Positions 24,501 to 36,774 of a stretch of 64,000 nt of DNA are shown piece after piece. Below the pieces are notes generated by a model. It was not told where the DNA came from. It did no database searches and saw nothing but the letters and a program-made list of their open reading frames with translations. Position numbers and translations under genes: made by a program. Origin of the DNA: Phoronis australis (lineage: Eukaryota > Animalia > Phoronida); the NCBI GenBank assembly GCA_002633005.1, contig NMRA01000025.1, positions 663,554 to 727,553 on the forward strand, given 5' to 3'. Within the stretch, counting starts at the first letter, position 1, and each line of letters starts with the position of its first letter.

Positions 24501-27500
24501 GACACCAAGCCTAGGCAAGCATTACTCACTCAAATGGGCCCAGGAAGACTTGGTGGACGAACAGAAGGAAGGAATCAAGATTCAGGAGCGTAGGAAGAGT
24601 GCAACCAACAACAATGCGATTAATCACAAGGACGAGGGGACCAGACTGTTGCAACAGGCTGAGTTGGTTGATTTAACAACAATTTCTGAAATATGCTTGT
24701 TTAAAAGTAGGCGGCAATATGCGCTTATTAAAATGATCGCATTTTGGTATATAACTGCTCATAAGGATACTTCATCGGCATACCTGGGTAGTGTCTCCCA
24801 CACCTGTAAATGAACTCACCTAAAACATTGGCCACGCTTGCGCATTCGTCAAACTTTGTAAGGAGATTTGAACTCATTCCAAATTTTGAGGTGTTTATGA
24901 TGGCTATGGTACATAGCTTTGAGCTGTATTTACTTATTATCTGCTGTTTAGGCTAAGTAGGGTTCAGGATTCTTTTAAAAAGGAATGCAAGGATGATTTA
25001 AAAGCCCAAGGCATGCTTTCTTTGATAAAGACCTACTCTATCCTGTGTTTTAGTTAACATACAGGTCCTTTGATTAATAGTTTCGGCTCCGATCAGCAGC
25101 CATCTTCCGAAGTTGTTGGACGTTAGGTGGCGTGGTGATGAGGCTGTTCCAAATTTTAGACAACTTATACCCTCCATCATCCCTATTCATGACTGAGTCA
25201 CTTTTTCTGACCCAGATAGACTCTTTTATCTGTCTAGATCTTAAATTATTTTCCGACCCAACAGGACGAGCATCATCCCAGTCAATTACATGATTAAAGC
25301 CAAGAGCATGATCAGTCACTACAGATTTGTTAATAGTCCTCTGAGACCATCTCCTCTCTGAACGTGTTGAGATGATTTTAATTCGTTAATTTCTGTATTT
25401 CAGAGATGACTCTGAAGAATCTCCATTTGGCCCACTGACACAGAGGCTTGTGTCGGCATTGATTGAAGAGAATATAATGACCCCTGTGGACGAGTCGTCA
25501 ATGGCCGAGATCATAGGAAGTGGTATGTTGTTTGGAAGCAGATCTAGTTTTTTGTCAAGCATTTTTTTATCAGGGTAAAGAAACACCGAGAATGAGTCAC
25601 CGAAATTTCAGGCCCAGTCCCCGATCTCTGGCCACTGGTTAGGGCTGTTACAGCAAAATCTGTATGGGAGGGGGGAAGGCACTTTTATTTCGTACCCACC
25701 GCCCATATTTTTCATTTATTTCTCCAACCCATGACCCATAACTTTTTAATTATTTTAATAGGTTAAAATATAAAATCCAACACTTGCAAACATATTGCCT
25801 CCAGGAGGACCTGTTAAGAACTTAGATGATTGACAGAGAAGAACTCGTTGTCTTGTCCAATATTGTCAAAAACTAAAGTAGCTTGTGAGCAATACTTTTG
25901 GCAGCCACCAGGTGTCTCTGTTCACAATGTGTATAATTTCAATGAACATTTTTTCAATTATAAGGATCTATGAATCTCAAACTGTCTCCACGAACTCTTT
26001 TATACTTCTATGTCAAGTGAATATTGGAACTTGTTTTTCTTACTCCTCATACTTTTTATTTAAAAATCATCAATTTTCTTATATGTGTTAACACCAGTTT
26101 AGTGTTGCATAACTTTTCAATTCAATAGGACTGCAGACAAACAGTTGGCTTAACTCAAGTTGCCCATGACTTGATTAATGGCTTAGTGAACATATTGCAC
26201 TCTGTTCACTGGCAATATGGGCTTTTTTGTATAGGGATAAGTTAGGATATATGCCAATTGCATTTTTTTTGAGTTTTGACAGCTGAAGTAACCAACCTGT
26301 CAACATTAACAGGTCAAAAAATACCACCCATTTTTAATGCATCACTTCTTAGAGGAACGACCACCCATAATTTAAGTTTTTTTCTGAAGACCACCACCCA
26401 TGAATTTTTATTTCTACTGCCGTCCCCCCCCCACACGGATGGATTTTACTGGAACAGCCCTTATGTAGTTTAGGGACTTTTGACGTCTGATTTTCTAGCT
26501 TGTTAATCGCGCCATAGAATTTCATCTTGGGGCCAAACTTTCCAGACTCCAAATCTTGCCACTGGATCGTTTCTCTTCCTTATGCATTCTTCAGCATTCC
26601 GGTATGAGTGCATTCTTATGCATTCCGGTATGAGTGCATTCTTATGCATTCCGGTATGAGTGCATTCTTATGCATTCCGGTATGAGTGCATTCTTATGCA
26701 TTCCGGTATGAGTGCATTCTTATGCATTCCGGTATGAGTGCATTCTCATGTTCTCCATAGTTATGTTGATTATATAGAGTGTAAAAGATGGGTGTCTCTG
26801 TAAAACTTGTTATTAATAAGTTAAAATGTCAAGATGAACAAGGCATAACCTAATACCTTTCTCCAGGTACTCAGCTCCATCTGGCAATTTTAAGTTAATA
26901 GATTTTACAGACTCACTTGTCTTATACGCTTCATATTTTGTCTATCCTACCAAATCAGTAACTGCCACTTTTTACCAGCTTTATTGTCTACATTGCTCGT
27001 GCCGAGTATTCACTCTGGTTTTTGTCTTAGATCCTGGTGAGAACATTGCCAGCCTCACTCCACGACAGTTGGCAAAGCAGCTGAACGTGGGTAACGCAGC
27101 TAGTCTGGAGAGAAGGATAAAGAGAGAGTTAGAAGAGCAAGGTAGGGTGGCGTGTTAGCAATTTATTACTGTGTGTGGCTCAAGGAATTTACATGTTCAC
27201 TCCAATGGTTTAGCACATGAGGGAAAGGTTTCATTGGTTTAAAGTTTGACTAGACTACTGTATCGCCTCAAGTAGTCATTGAGAAACGGGCAATGGTCAC
27301 TTACAGGGAGTCTCACTTTTTAGAACCAGCTTAATGCCTGTTATTCAGTGGGAAAAAATGGTTCTCAAAATGCAGAAACACTAAAGTGACTTTAACTGAG
27401 AAAGGTGTATTTGACCATAAGGAGTGTAATAAAACCATTTTCATTTAGAAAGATTTGTCCAGGTGGAGACCCTAGATCTTATCCAAATTTCTGGGATTTC

Positions 27501-29226
27501 TTTATTTCACACAAGTGATTAGTTTTTAAAAAATAACTACTAAATCTGATACGAGAACCTGACATCTGTCCTTGTTTACAGGTATCCTTGACAACGAAGA
27601 CCACGTGACGCCTGACCCTGACGACGAGGTGTTGACGGAGCTGCGACAGAAGCAACACGAGTTGAAGATACTTGGTCAGCACAACTTGGTAACGACCAAG
27701 AGGCTGCTCAAGTTAGCCAAGGACGAAATGACGCGGCAGGATATGCGGAAGAAACTGATAGCAGCTGACGCTGAGGTATGCTGCAATACGGTTATTACCT
27801 GCTACATTTTTATGATATGCAAGTGAATAGATTAGTCTTGGTGTGGGATGGGTTATGGTGATTCTTCTATATTGTCAAAAGTTCTTCAGTTTTGGACAAA
27901 AAGTTAATTGTTGAATTATTTTTGAAAAGCTAAAATTCATTGCTCTAGGTACTAAATATTTATGAAATCTTGTTTGATGACAGTCACAGTGTACAAACCA
28001 TCCTACATATTCTTTATAATTAATTTTTGATTTGAAATTTGACAAAATAGAGTTCCACTTGTTTGCCATATTGAGTATGGAATTGAAGAATTTTTACTGT
28101 AATTTATACAAAATTCTCTATTACACATGCACTTTGCACGCACTATCGGAAAAAATACGGGCGCATGATGAGCATCGTAGAATTTACGAAATCTAAATTA
28201 TTACAATGTATTAATTTAAGGGAGAATTCTCATAGGTTTGTCTATACTTGGAACCTCTCGCGTTGTATTAGTAACGGGAAAAGTTGAGCTAAGGGGTTGT
28301 AGAGACTGATTCCATGTATTTGGTGACCACTGCCCCATTCCTCTTAAAGATGTATTTACATGTTCCTAACTATGCCAAAGTATTGCAGGAACTAAACGAA
28401 AATGCTATTTTAACATAATCTACGCTTAACAAAGTGCAGTTGTATTCATTGACAACTTGTAAATGTGAAACAAAAATTTGTGCAAATGATAAGCTATCGA
28501 CGTACCTCGGGGGACCCGCATCATGCAGTGTTATTCCCCAACACCACATCACGATACTTACTGGGCACGGTTGAGTGATTTGCGGCGTATCATTTTTGCA
28601 AAAAAAATTGTTCGTAAAAAAGTTGGCAATTTTGAATGTACTTCATATTCACACCATCTCTATAGGTTGTGTTTCTAACTAATTTGACCAAGCAATTACA
28701 TAGATAAGTGCAAGTTCCACTTTAAGCTGATGTGGAGATACGCTTACTGCGTATGACAATGCTTCAAATTCAAAGTAGGACTCAAGTACTTGGTGCTTCT
28801 TATCCATTGCCTTGCTCTGGAAATTTCGTTTTTGGTTTTATTGTAATTATATCTGGAGCATTTGTTTTGTGAAGAATAAGTCAGGGTAGGAGGTAAATTG
28901 GCATCTTACACTGAAATGAACAGTAGCAATTGGTTCATGTAGCATCATGCATAGAGTGTGTTAGGGCCTTCTAGAAACTGGCTTACCAAAAAGCTGAAAT
29001 GTTATGAGTACACTTGCTAGCATGTAACAATGACATTTCCAGATTGCAAATTTTAATTTTGGGATCTAGTTGGTAATTGTTCTGCCATTATCAACAGGTC
29101 ATGGATGCCTACAGAAGGATACAGTCATCTCGGCAGAAGAAGAAACCCCCGACAAAGAAGGAGAGGGATATGTTAACAAAGGCTATCAAGGAACGGGAAC
29201 AGATCTTAAAGGCACTCAATACGTAG
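18522..29226 (+). CDS. TADA3: Transcriptional adapter 3 (ADA3; SAGA/ATAC HAT module), 9 coding exons
   Basis: Exons 18522-18630, 19459-19622, 20101-20241, 20851-21002, 24471-24662, 25404-25522, 27031-27141, 27582-27775, 29098-29226 (TAG), with consistent phases. Motifs: DCPLSF..VDHKQACPKYTA, RLLEAEIQILSDWQEK, GPGRPKSK, KFWSFLEPYC, LGKHYSLKWAQEDL, PFGPLTQRLVSALIEENI, DEVLTELRQKQHELK, EVMDAYRRI..RQKKKPPTKKE. Confidence 0.96.
20392..20630 (+). mobile_element. Complete tRNA-derived SINE with 13-bp TSD; older copy at 44708-44880
   Basis: A box TGGCCTGGTTG, B box GGTTCAAGTCC, body CCCTTGAGCCAGG...TCCAGGTGATCAGTGCAAT; TSD TAGTAGCCATTAG at 20379-91 and 20631-43. Confidence 0.85.
21314..24045. mobile_element. 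piggyBac-like non-autonomous element hosting a nested HINE
   Basis: TTAA|CTCATTCGACCCTGA ... TCAGGGACGAATGAG|TTAA. Degenerate acidic coding relic on the minus strand at ~23260-23440. Confidence 0.7.
21871..22808 (+). mobile_element. 5'-truncated HINE copy
   Basis: Near-identical to 55857-56793. Lacks the 5' hairpin and microsatellite; the 3' end is intact. Confidence 0.88.
25073..25375 (-). mobile_element. Penelope-like element 3' relic (GIY-YIG C-terminus plus degenerate hammerhead)
   Basis: Translation DHALGFNHVIDWDDAR...RQIKESIWVRK...MNRDDGGYKLSKIW is typical of the end of PLE GIY-YIG domains. It is followed by CGGAAGA-TGGCT..AGCC-GAAAC. Confidence 0.8.
25642..26460. mobile_element. PIF/Harbinger-type MITE with TTA TSD
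   Basis: TTA|GGGCTGTTACAGCAAAATC ... GATTTTACTGGAACAGCCC|TTA. Confidence 0.75.
26594..26749. repeat. 26-bp minisatellite, 6 near-perfect copies
   Basis: (GCATTCCGGTATGAGTGCATTCTTAT)6. Confidence 0.95.
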
Positions 29227-32200
29227 ATGTCTTGTGCCATGTATAGACTCGTGTGTTTAGGGGGAGGAGCTGAGGCTCTACGTAGATGACTTGTGCCGTG
29301 TATAAACTTGTCTGTAGGGAGTTACAACAGTACTGTGTGCCATTTGTGGACTTGTATGTAGGAGGTGGGAACAGTACTGAAAGGCACTTGTACAAGGGTT
29401 ACTTGTACCACGTGTGGATGTATGTATAGAATTAGAGAAGCAGAATCTTGAAGGCTCTTAATAGAGAGAGGTTTTGTGCCATTTGTTGACTTGTCTTCTG
29501 AGGCTGAGAAATGTTTGCAGAGGGGAATGGGTCCTCATAGTGGAATGGGTCTTCACATGGGAACAGGAATAGGATGAGTTTCATAGAAGAGTGGAAACTG
29601 GGTGTGCAGACACCGTGTTCGGCGACTCTGTTACTCCTGCGGAAATGATTTTATTGTAGATTTTACGAGTACTGAGTTTGTATGGTTGTTTAATGTTGAA
29701 CACTAATATGAAATTACGGAATTGGTTCCAAAGGCACAGTGTGATGGAATATCTGTTTTGACATTGACGCTCCAAGCTTGAGACTTGGAAGCTGGTGAGA
29801 GTGTTGGAATGGATAATTATTGTTCCAGGCAAGGTGCAAAATGCCAGATGTTTAAGGTACTGCGTAGATATGGAATGTGTGTTGTACACTAAGACAGAGT
29901 CTTTAGCCGAGAAATTACTTGTATGGCAAAATCTCACCGATTTCGAACAAAAACGATTCCCAGAAATGATATTTTTTCATTTTTCAAGGGCGAATATGAT
30001 TGTTGTGAATGTCTCTTGAAATATTGTGCGATGGTATTTTTTTTTTATGGAACTTCAAGATGGTGAAGAATTTGTTTGGTTCTACATTTCTTTCATGAAT
30101 TACTTAATGAAGAAAAATTTCTTTTATCTGCCATACTGTGTCCTAAATTGGGGAGAGATCACCATAATTCCAATAAAATCGAGACCAGTTTTATTTAATA
30201 AATTGTCAAAGTCAAAAATGTTCTTACTGAAGGCATGCTTATAGTACCTTCAAGTAGAGATATTTCTTTTTAGTAGCCACTGTAAATCTTAAAGCTTAAA
30301 TCTGATAATTTGAAGATTTTAATACAGGATGCCTAAGTTTGTGTTTACAATTTGAATACTTAGATACAGTGGAGGATTTTAAATTAGTACCCTGTGAACC
30401 ACACAAAGAGATTGAACTGCTGTTTATTTTAATGTCTTCGTGTCAACAAATTGTAAATAAACTGTACAAGAACAAGAAGTAATGATTTATTTATTTATTC
30501 AGCAGTATTCCATAACAAAATTAACAAGAACATGTCTGTGCAATTTATTCTAATAAGGTAATTAAAATTACCTGTGTGCTTGCAAACTTAACATTGTTCA
30601 CAATGAGTACAGTGTAAAACAGAAAGTCCACTGTGGGAGAGTCGGTAGAAAGTAGTTAACTTTGATGAACTAAGTGCTTTGCATTCAACTTGGCACTTGA
30701 TAGAAAGCCATGAACTGAAAGTATGTCAGCATCCATATGCACTGACTCATTGTGAACCATTACCGTGTTAAATAGCCCCATGCAGCGCCATCTTTTGGAA
30801 GCTATTGTTGACCACTAACAGAGTGGACTTGATGAGTTGCATTAACAGTAGGATTGACCACCACCGATTTGATTAATTCTTGTTCGAAATCACCAATTTC
30901 ACCGCTGTGGGACTTTAATAGAAAAATGATCAGTGACTATTCATTAATTGGCATATTGACAGCATTAACTTAAAGCTCAAAAGTTTTGCAAGATGTCAAC
31001 CGGAAATGTTTTCTTACTCTCTTGATTTGACAACTGGGCATATTTTCCAGTGGGTCCACGTGAACAAACAGTGCATGACCAGCTCCATGTATATATTAGA
31101 ATACATGCTACCTTGTAATCATCCAGCAAACCAAAATGTGTTGTAAAATTACAAATGATTATTTGTTGAAACTTTCGATATGCAAACATTACAGTTTACA
31201 CAAACACAGGAGACTAAGGTACACATAACTTTAATGTACGCATTGAACGGCACTGGCTAAGACTACGCAAGTTGCTCAACTAAAAATTGGAATTGTCATT
31301 CCTGGGTTTACAATTTACTAGGAATAAACATTCACATATTAATTATATTCTCATCATGTGCTAAGAAAGCAGGAAGACCTCGGGTTATTTGTAAACACGG
31401 GGTACAGTAGTTTTCAAAAAAAGTTGAACTTGGCTTTGAAACCCCAAAAGGGGAAAGTAACATTAAATGATTTGAAAAGTAACTGGGAATTTTCAGGCTT
31501 TGAATCTTAACCAATTTTTGACAACAATGATTTTTTCAACGTTTTTAATGCAATCTACACATCAATCAACACAGCATAAACTAAGATTACACCTGATATA
31601 GGAGATTAATTCAGTCTATTTTAAAAGTTTTAAAAGCCTTTTAAAATAGACTGAATTAATGTTAACACACGAACTTTGGCATGTACTCAGCAGTTTGTCT
31701 TATTTTAAAACTGATTGTCATTATGCAGAAATAAACTTGAAAGGTTTTGAACATTCACAACTAAAACCCAGTTGGCCCACCATTGTTTTCAACATTTTGG
31801 TTAAAACCAAATGAATAATAGTGGGAAAATAACATATTCTGATCCAAATTGTGAAAAAAATCAACTCTGACATTTCCCAGACTAATTAAAGAGGTGCTTT
31901 TTCATACACAGTATATGATAGGAACACAATAATGAAAAAGTGATCATTTTGTCCTTTTGAGCAACACCACTCATTCTTAAGGAAAAAATCATCTTCAAAG
32001 CACACTTTAAACTGACAATTGTGCACTAGACATCGGTATACAAGAGATTGAGCATTACAAATGATTGCCACTGTTCAGACATTTGAGCATGGATGTCAAA
32101 AAAGGATAAAAATGTTGCCAACACATTTAATAAAGAGACTTTTATGACTTGCTACATTCTCAGCACTCCAGAAAAATATCAATCACATTGTTTGACTTCA

Positions 32201-32505
32201 TTCACAGCATGCAAACAAGTACACCTAGCAATTTTACAACCCAAAAGGTTTTCTCAAACCAAATACTACAAGTCATTTTTACATGTGGTAAGTGGTTTCT
32301 CAATTAAACAAAAAAGTTTCAAGACATATGAGAATGTATAATTTAACAGAAAATCAGATTTTTCAAACGAATACATCAATATCTTGTAATTAAAACAAAG
32401 GCAAATATCTCAATTTAATTTGTGTGTGCTACCAGTAGAAGTAGCAAAGCATGAGGACATCACTCAATAACCTTTATCATAGTTAAAGGTGAGGATGGAT
32501 ACACA

Positions 32506-35500
32506 TCATCTAAACTGTATAGTTATCACTTCAGGAGATTCAAATTGTTCATCAGCCAATCGCCTCTCATCTTTCCTGGGCACTTTTGACCAATCAAAAT
32601 GTGTGAACTGCATCTTGGAGTGTTTGTTCAGCCTGTCTACAGCTGCATCTTCACTTTTTTCATACTTGGGACTGTAATATACAACAAATGTCACTAAGTC
32701 TCTACATACAGTGTAAACACACATCTTAGGTCAGAAAAAAAAAGTTTAAGGCAGAAAAGACTTTATTCAATGCTGACAGAAGACATCTGTATAATGGCTT
32801 CAGTATATTTTGGACAAAAAAGTAAATTTAAGAGAGGTTAAACTAATCATAATGGTTGTGTTAATAATTTTATAATTATCTTGTCAAACCATTGAAAAGT
32901 TTCACAAATAAATCAATCAAGCACCAAAAAGAAAAAATTGAAACTCGAACTATCAAAAAAGGAAAGTTCAAAAGAACATTGATGGACATTGAAAATATCT
33001 TACATTAGCATTTGATAGTAAGTAAAGACAAATGGTAATGTTTACCTATTTCTGTAAAAATTGTTGCATATTTCTGTGTCATCTGAAACAACGAAAGAAA
33101 GAGCATGTGAGCATGGCATACAAAATATGACAAAAAAAAAGAAAGTCACAGCAGGTTTTTTATTGGTATTAATCATAAAGTAGAATTGTTTGTTAAAACG
33201 CACATTGCCCAAAAACTGCCAGAAGGCATTGCATGTGAGCATGATTCATTTTCAGGTACAGTTATTAATAAAATAAGGTGGTGCCATTCCCATGCATACA
33301 GATCACGTGACAGTTCACATGCATACAGATCACGTGATGGTTCACATGCCTACTTTCAAAACAAAGTGTAGCCAAACAGTAGGACTTATATGCAAAGTTT
33401 GATCCACAGGAACTGTTGTGTTGATTCAGAAGTGTCAGTATATTTTTGGGACACCCTGTACATGAACACTCATTGCAATTGGTTAGCAGCAGTCACTGAT
33501 AAGAACTACTGTCATTACCAATGTAACCATGACAACAGCCTTAAGAGGAAGAAAGTGACACTAAGATGAAGAAAAGTCATGATAGAGGGATTGACGTTGC
33601 CCTGTGAAAACACAAGAAAACTAATTGACGAGTTCCGATGAAATCCTTGGAAGAACAGGGATTAAAGGGCCAGAATACCTAGTGCGCCCCCTGTCAACCA
33701 CTACATGAACTGTTATGAAATCCACCTCATCTTGTTCCTTACTCAAAGCAGAAAGAATTTCTAGGCTTGAGACAACAGTCATTGGTTGCTTCATACCAGA
33801 CCCATTAAGTAGCTTGTCATGTGAGTGGCTTGTTTCAATCAAAAAGGACAGTATGGCCATCAGGAGACTGCCACACAATTTGTTGCAACCAATTTTAATT
33901 CAAGCATAAGAATAAAAATGATATCAAGAAAATTGGTGTTTTAACACCAGAATACTGTGTACAATGGTTTGAACTTCCAATATATTAGCAGAAGCATATC
34001 GGACTAATTAATACCTAAAATTGTCGTAGTCTTCTGACGTAGAGGTCCTGAGTAGTACAACGATGGGGGTCCCTGTGATCGCCTCATGAAAGCGATCGTG
34101 TCCCGCACAGCTTCGTTGACCTGGTCAAAAACTTTTCTCGCCTCTTGCCGCTCATCATAGGTGACCTCTGCACGGTCCAGTAACGTGACAGTAGGTATGT
34201 TGTGAATGATGTAAAGGCGATATCCAGTCTCCTTCGCTAACGGATTGTCAAACAAATCTGGAAATTGACGAGATAATAATTAGGTCAAATTCAGTTATTT
34301 TTAACACCATTTGAAAAAAATGGACAAATGCCGTGACTTATTTTGTACAACACAAATAAGATGCATGAAGAGCTATTTAAGACTAACAAGAGTTTTAACA
34401 GTCCATGACGGTGATATCCCGTTGCTCTCAACTTGTTCAATTTTATAGCCCAACAACAAGTTGGGAAGTTTACCCCGACCCGTAGCCAATATCTTACACG
34501 ACTGATTAACTTCATTCTGGCATATATAGGTTGGAGGGCCTGTGCTCTTTTGTTCAATAATTGCTCTAGTCTCCGATCAGATCGTATCTAGCCTGACTGA
34601 GCTGGGCTGATAAAAATGAAAGTTAAGTTATAACCACCAATAGCATTTCTGAATTCCTCATCAAATGCTGACCATGTTCCGTTTTTGAATCACCAAAATC
34701 GCCCAACTACTATAGACAATCTATTCTGTCCAAACGGATTACCAACGCCGCACTGGGTTTGACTGTGTTCATACGCGTTCGGTAATAGCGTGTAACCACC
34801 ATACGTTTCCTTTGAAGCCTGGGAGATAATTGGCCTGCTTGTTATCATACGAGACAAAAGACTGAGCTGGGCAATTAACAAAAGAGCCAGATGTTATCGC
34901 ACGTTCAGCACCCCTCATGTCTAGAAAAGTTACTGAACGACAGAACGTTGAAATGCTGTTTTGCCGAAGATGATCTTTTGTGGGTTGAGTCTGAAAGTGA
35001 ACAATCTTTTGTGTGTTTAGTCTGAAAGTGAATGCGAAAACAACTGAACATGTATGCATGTTGGGCTAAGTTCCTTCAGTTATTGCAATGCATAATTAAT
35101 GAAGGCCACATGGCTTTAATTTCGAAAATGTGACTCAAAGTTATTTATTAGTCATTTTTTCTGACTACTTACTCAATATTCGAAGATTTTTCATTTTCTT
35201 AAGTTCTCCAATGACTTGTTCCAGTTTTGTCAGCTGGTTATTTTGAAGGTGTAGAATTTCCAGTGATGTCAAGTGGGATATTGCATCTTTGATTTCTAGC
35301 AGTTCATTGTTGTTGAGGTAAAGTTCTGACAGGCGGAAGTTGTTCTTTAAAAACTCGACTCGTCTAAGCTGAAACAGAAACACTACATTTTAGTAACCAT
35401 GGCGACAGCAACTTTTATTTTTTCGTCATGATGATAAAATATATACACCCTGGTTAAAGCAAACAGGAATAACATGCCAGAGGTACATTTTTGTGTTTTT

Positions 35501-36774
35501 CTTAACTAATATTGTGGAAAAATACAGAATATAAAAACAAAGTTGAGATACCAACCTTATTTCCGTTCAGCCATAATTTCTTTAAGTTTCTATATTTAGA
35601 CATGTCACCGACGTCATCATTCGTTAGGTTTCTGTTACATAAATATATTTGCCTAACGTCTAAGTCTCTTCGTATCCCTTGGCTTTTCTTCTGTTCCTTG
35701 ATGTGCTGAAGACATAAAAGACACCAAACATTTTGTATAATTATCGTAATACACTTAATGAAAAAAAAATTTTTGGAAGCAAAAAATATCTATCAATGAG
35801 ATGATAAATCAGAGCAAATTCCATGTTGCAGAACATATTATGAAGACAATTAGAATTTAAAATGACATTAGCAATTGATTAAATTTATACTACTTTCCGC
35901 AGTTGTCAAGAGGCCTGTTTAACATGGACCCTGATCCTATTGTGCGCAATCAATTCATTAGTAATGGCTTCATGGAAATAAAACACGGGCTAAAATAATT
36001 GATATGTCATGGACTAAAACTGTTTTTCAAACTATTTGGCTTCAAAAGTTGCATTCCTGGTTAAAAGTTAAGTTAGGATCATCTGGAAGAATTGAGATAA
36101 AAATTAGCCTACAAAGACACCGTAGGCTTTCATTGGTTCTCTGCTACCAAAGATGAGTGGTCTTAGTAACTCTTTGGTTGGCTGCAGTAATCCAACACTT
36201 CACTGCTGGCTCCCGCTTTGGTCATAGGGAATGGGGTAAATGAAACTTTAGTTCACAAATTTGCTTGGGTTTTGGCTCGAATTTTCAATGGTCTGTCATG
36301 ACTAGGTTTAGTTGTAAAGATATCATAAAATTTGAGGATGCAACACACTTTCTGGGCTCATCATGTGCCATTTTTTGGTTAATTTGAGGTAAATAATTCG
36401 CCGGTTGCCTGACACCAGGGGGTGCAGTTTCAGCTGCTGAAAACATGACCATCACAGGTCAAAATGGGCAGGCATTTTGTTTTAACCAATTTCAGTTCAA
36501 AGAATAAGCACGCGATGAGTGAAAAGAATGCGCTTTTGAAGCCGGACCGATGCACCTACCACTTAAAAAATTCACTATGACACTATGCTAACTCAGTTTG
36601 ATAGCGGTTTTAATAAACCTAAACGAGTATTTTACACATTAGTAATCTAAAACTGACTACCAAATAACTTGTGATTTATTAAGTCATATAGACAGCGATC
36701 TGCCAACGGAAACAACTGCTCAACTGTTGAAGTTTTGGCGAACACACACACTCGCGCCTCACCTTTTCCGCCAT
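32506..36774 (-). CDS. LRRC72: Leucine-rich repeat protein, LRRC72-like (SDS22-type LRRs plus LRRcap), about 267 aa
   Basis: Exons 36774-36763 (MAEK; duplicate copy 37633-37622), 35705-35556, 35368-35173, 34257-34015, 33082-33046, 32671-32506 (TGA) join in frame (804 nt). LRRs LKKLWLNGNKL, LSELYLNNNEL, LEILHLQNNQL; cap NLFDNPLA..YRLYIIHNIPTVTLLDRAEVT; C-terminal MQFTHFDWSKVP. The symbol comes from recalled similarity to LRRC72. Confidence 0.85.

Noticed and set aside
26594-26749. Regular short repeats resembling a CRISPR array (also 39279-39533 and 4828-4960)
   Set aside because: Units are head-to-tail with no unique spacers, there are no cas genes, and the context is eukaryotic introns. These are minisatellites.
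33621-33909. Overlapping 85-aa and 64-aa ORFs in an LRRC72 intron as a possible extra exon
   Set aside because: The nearest plausible acceptor gives an immediate stop in the required phase, and the flanking exons already join in frame.
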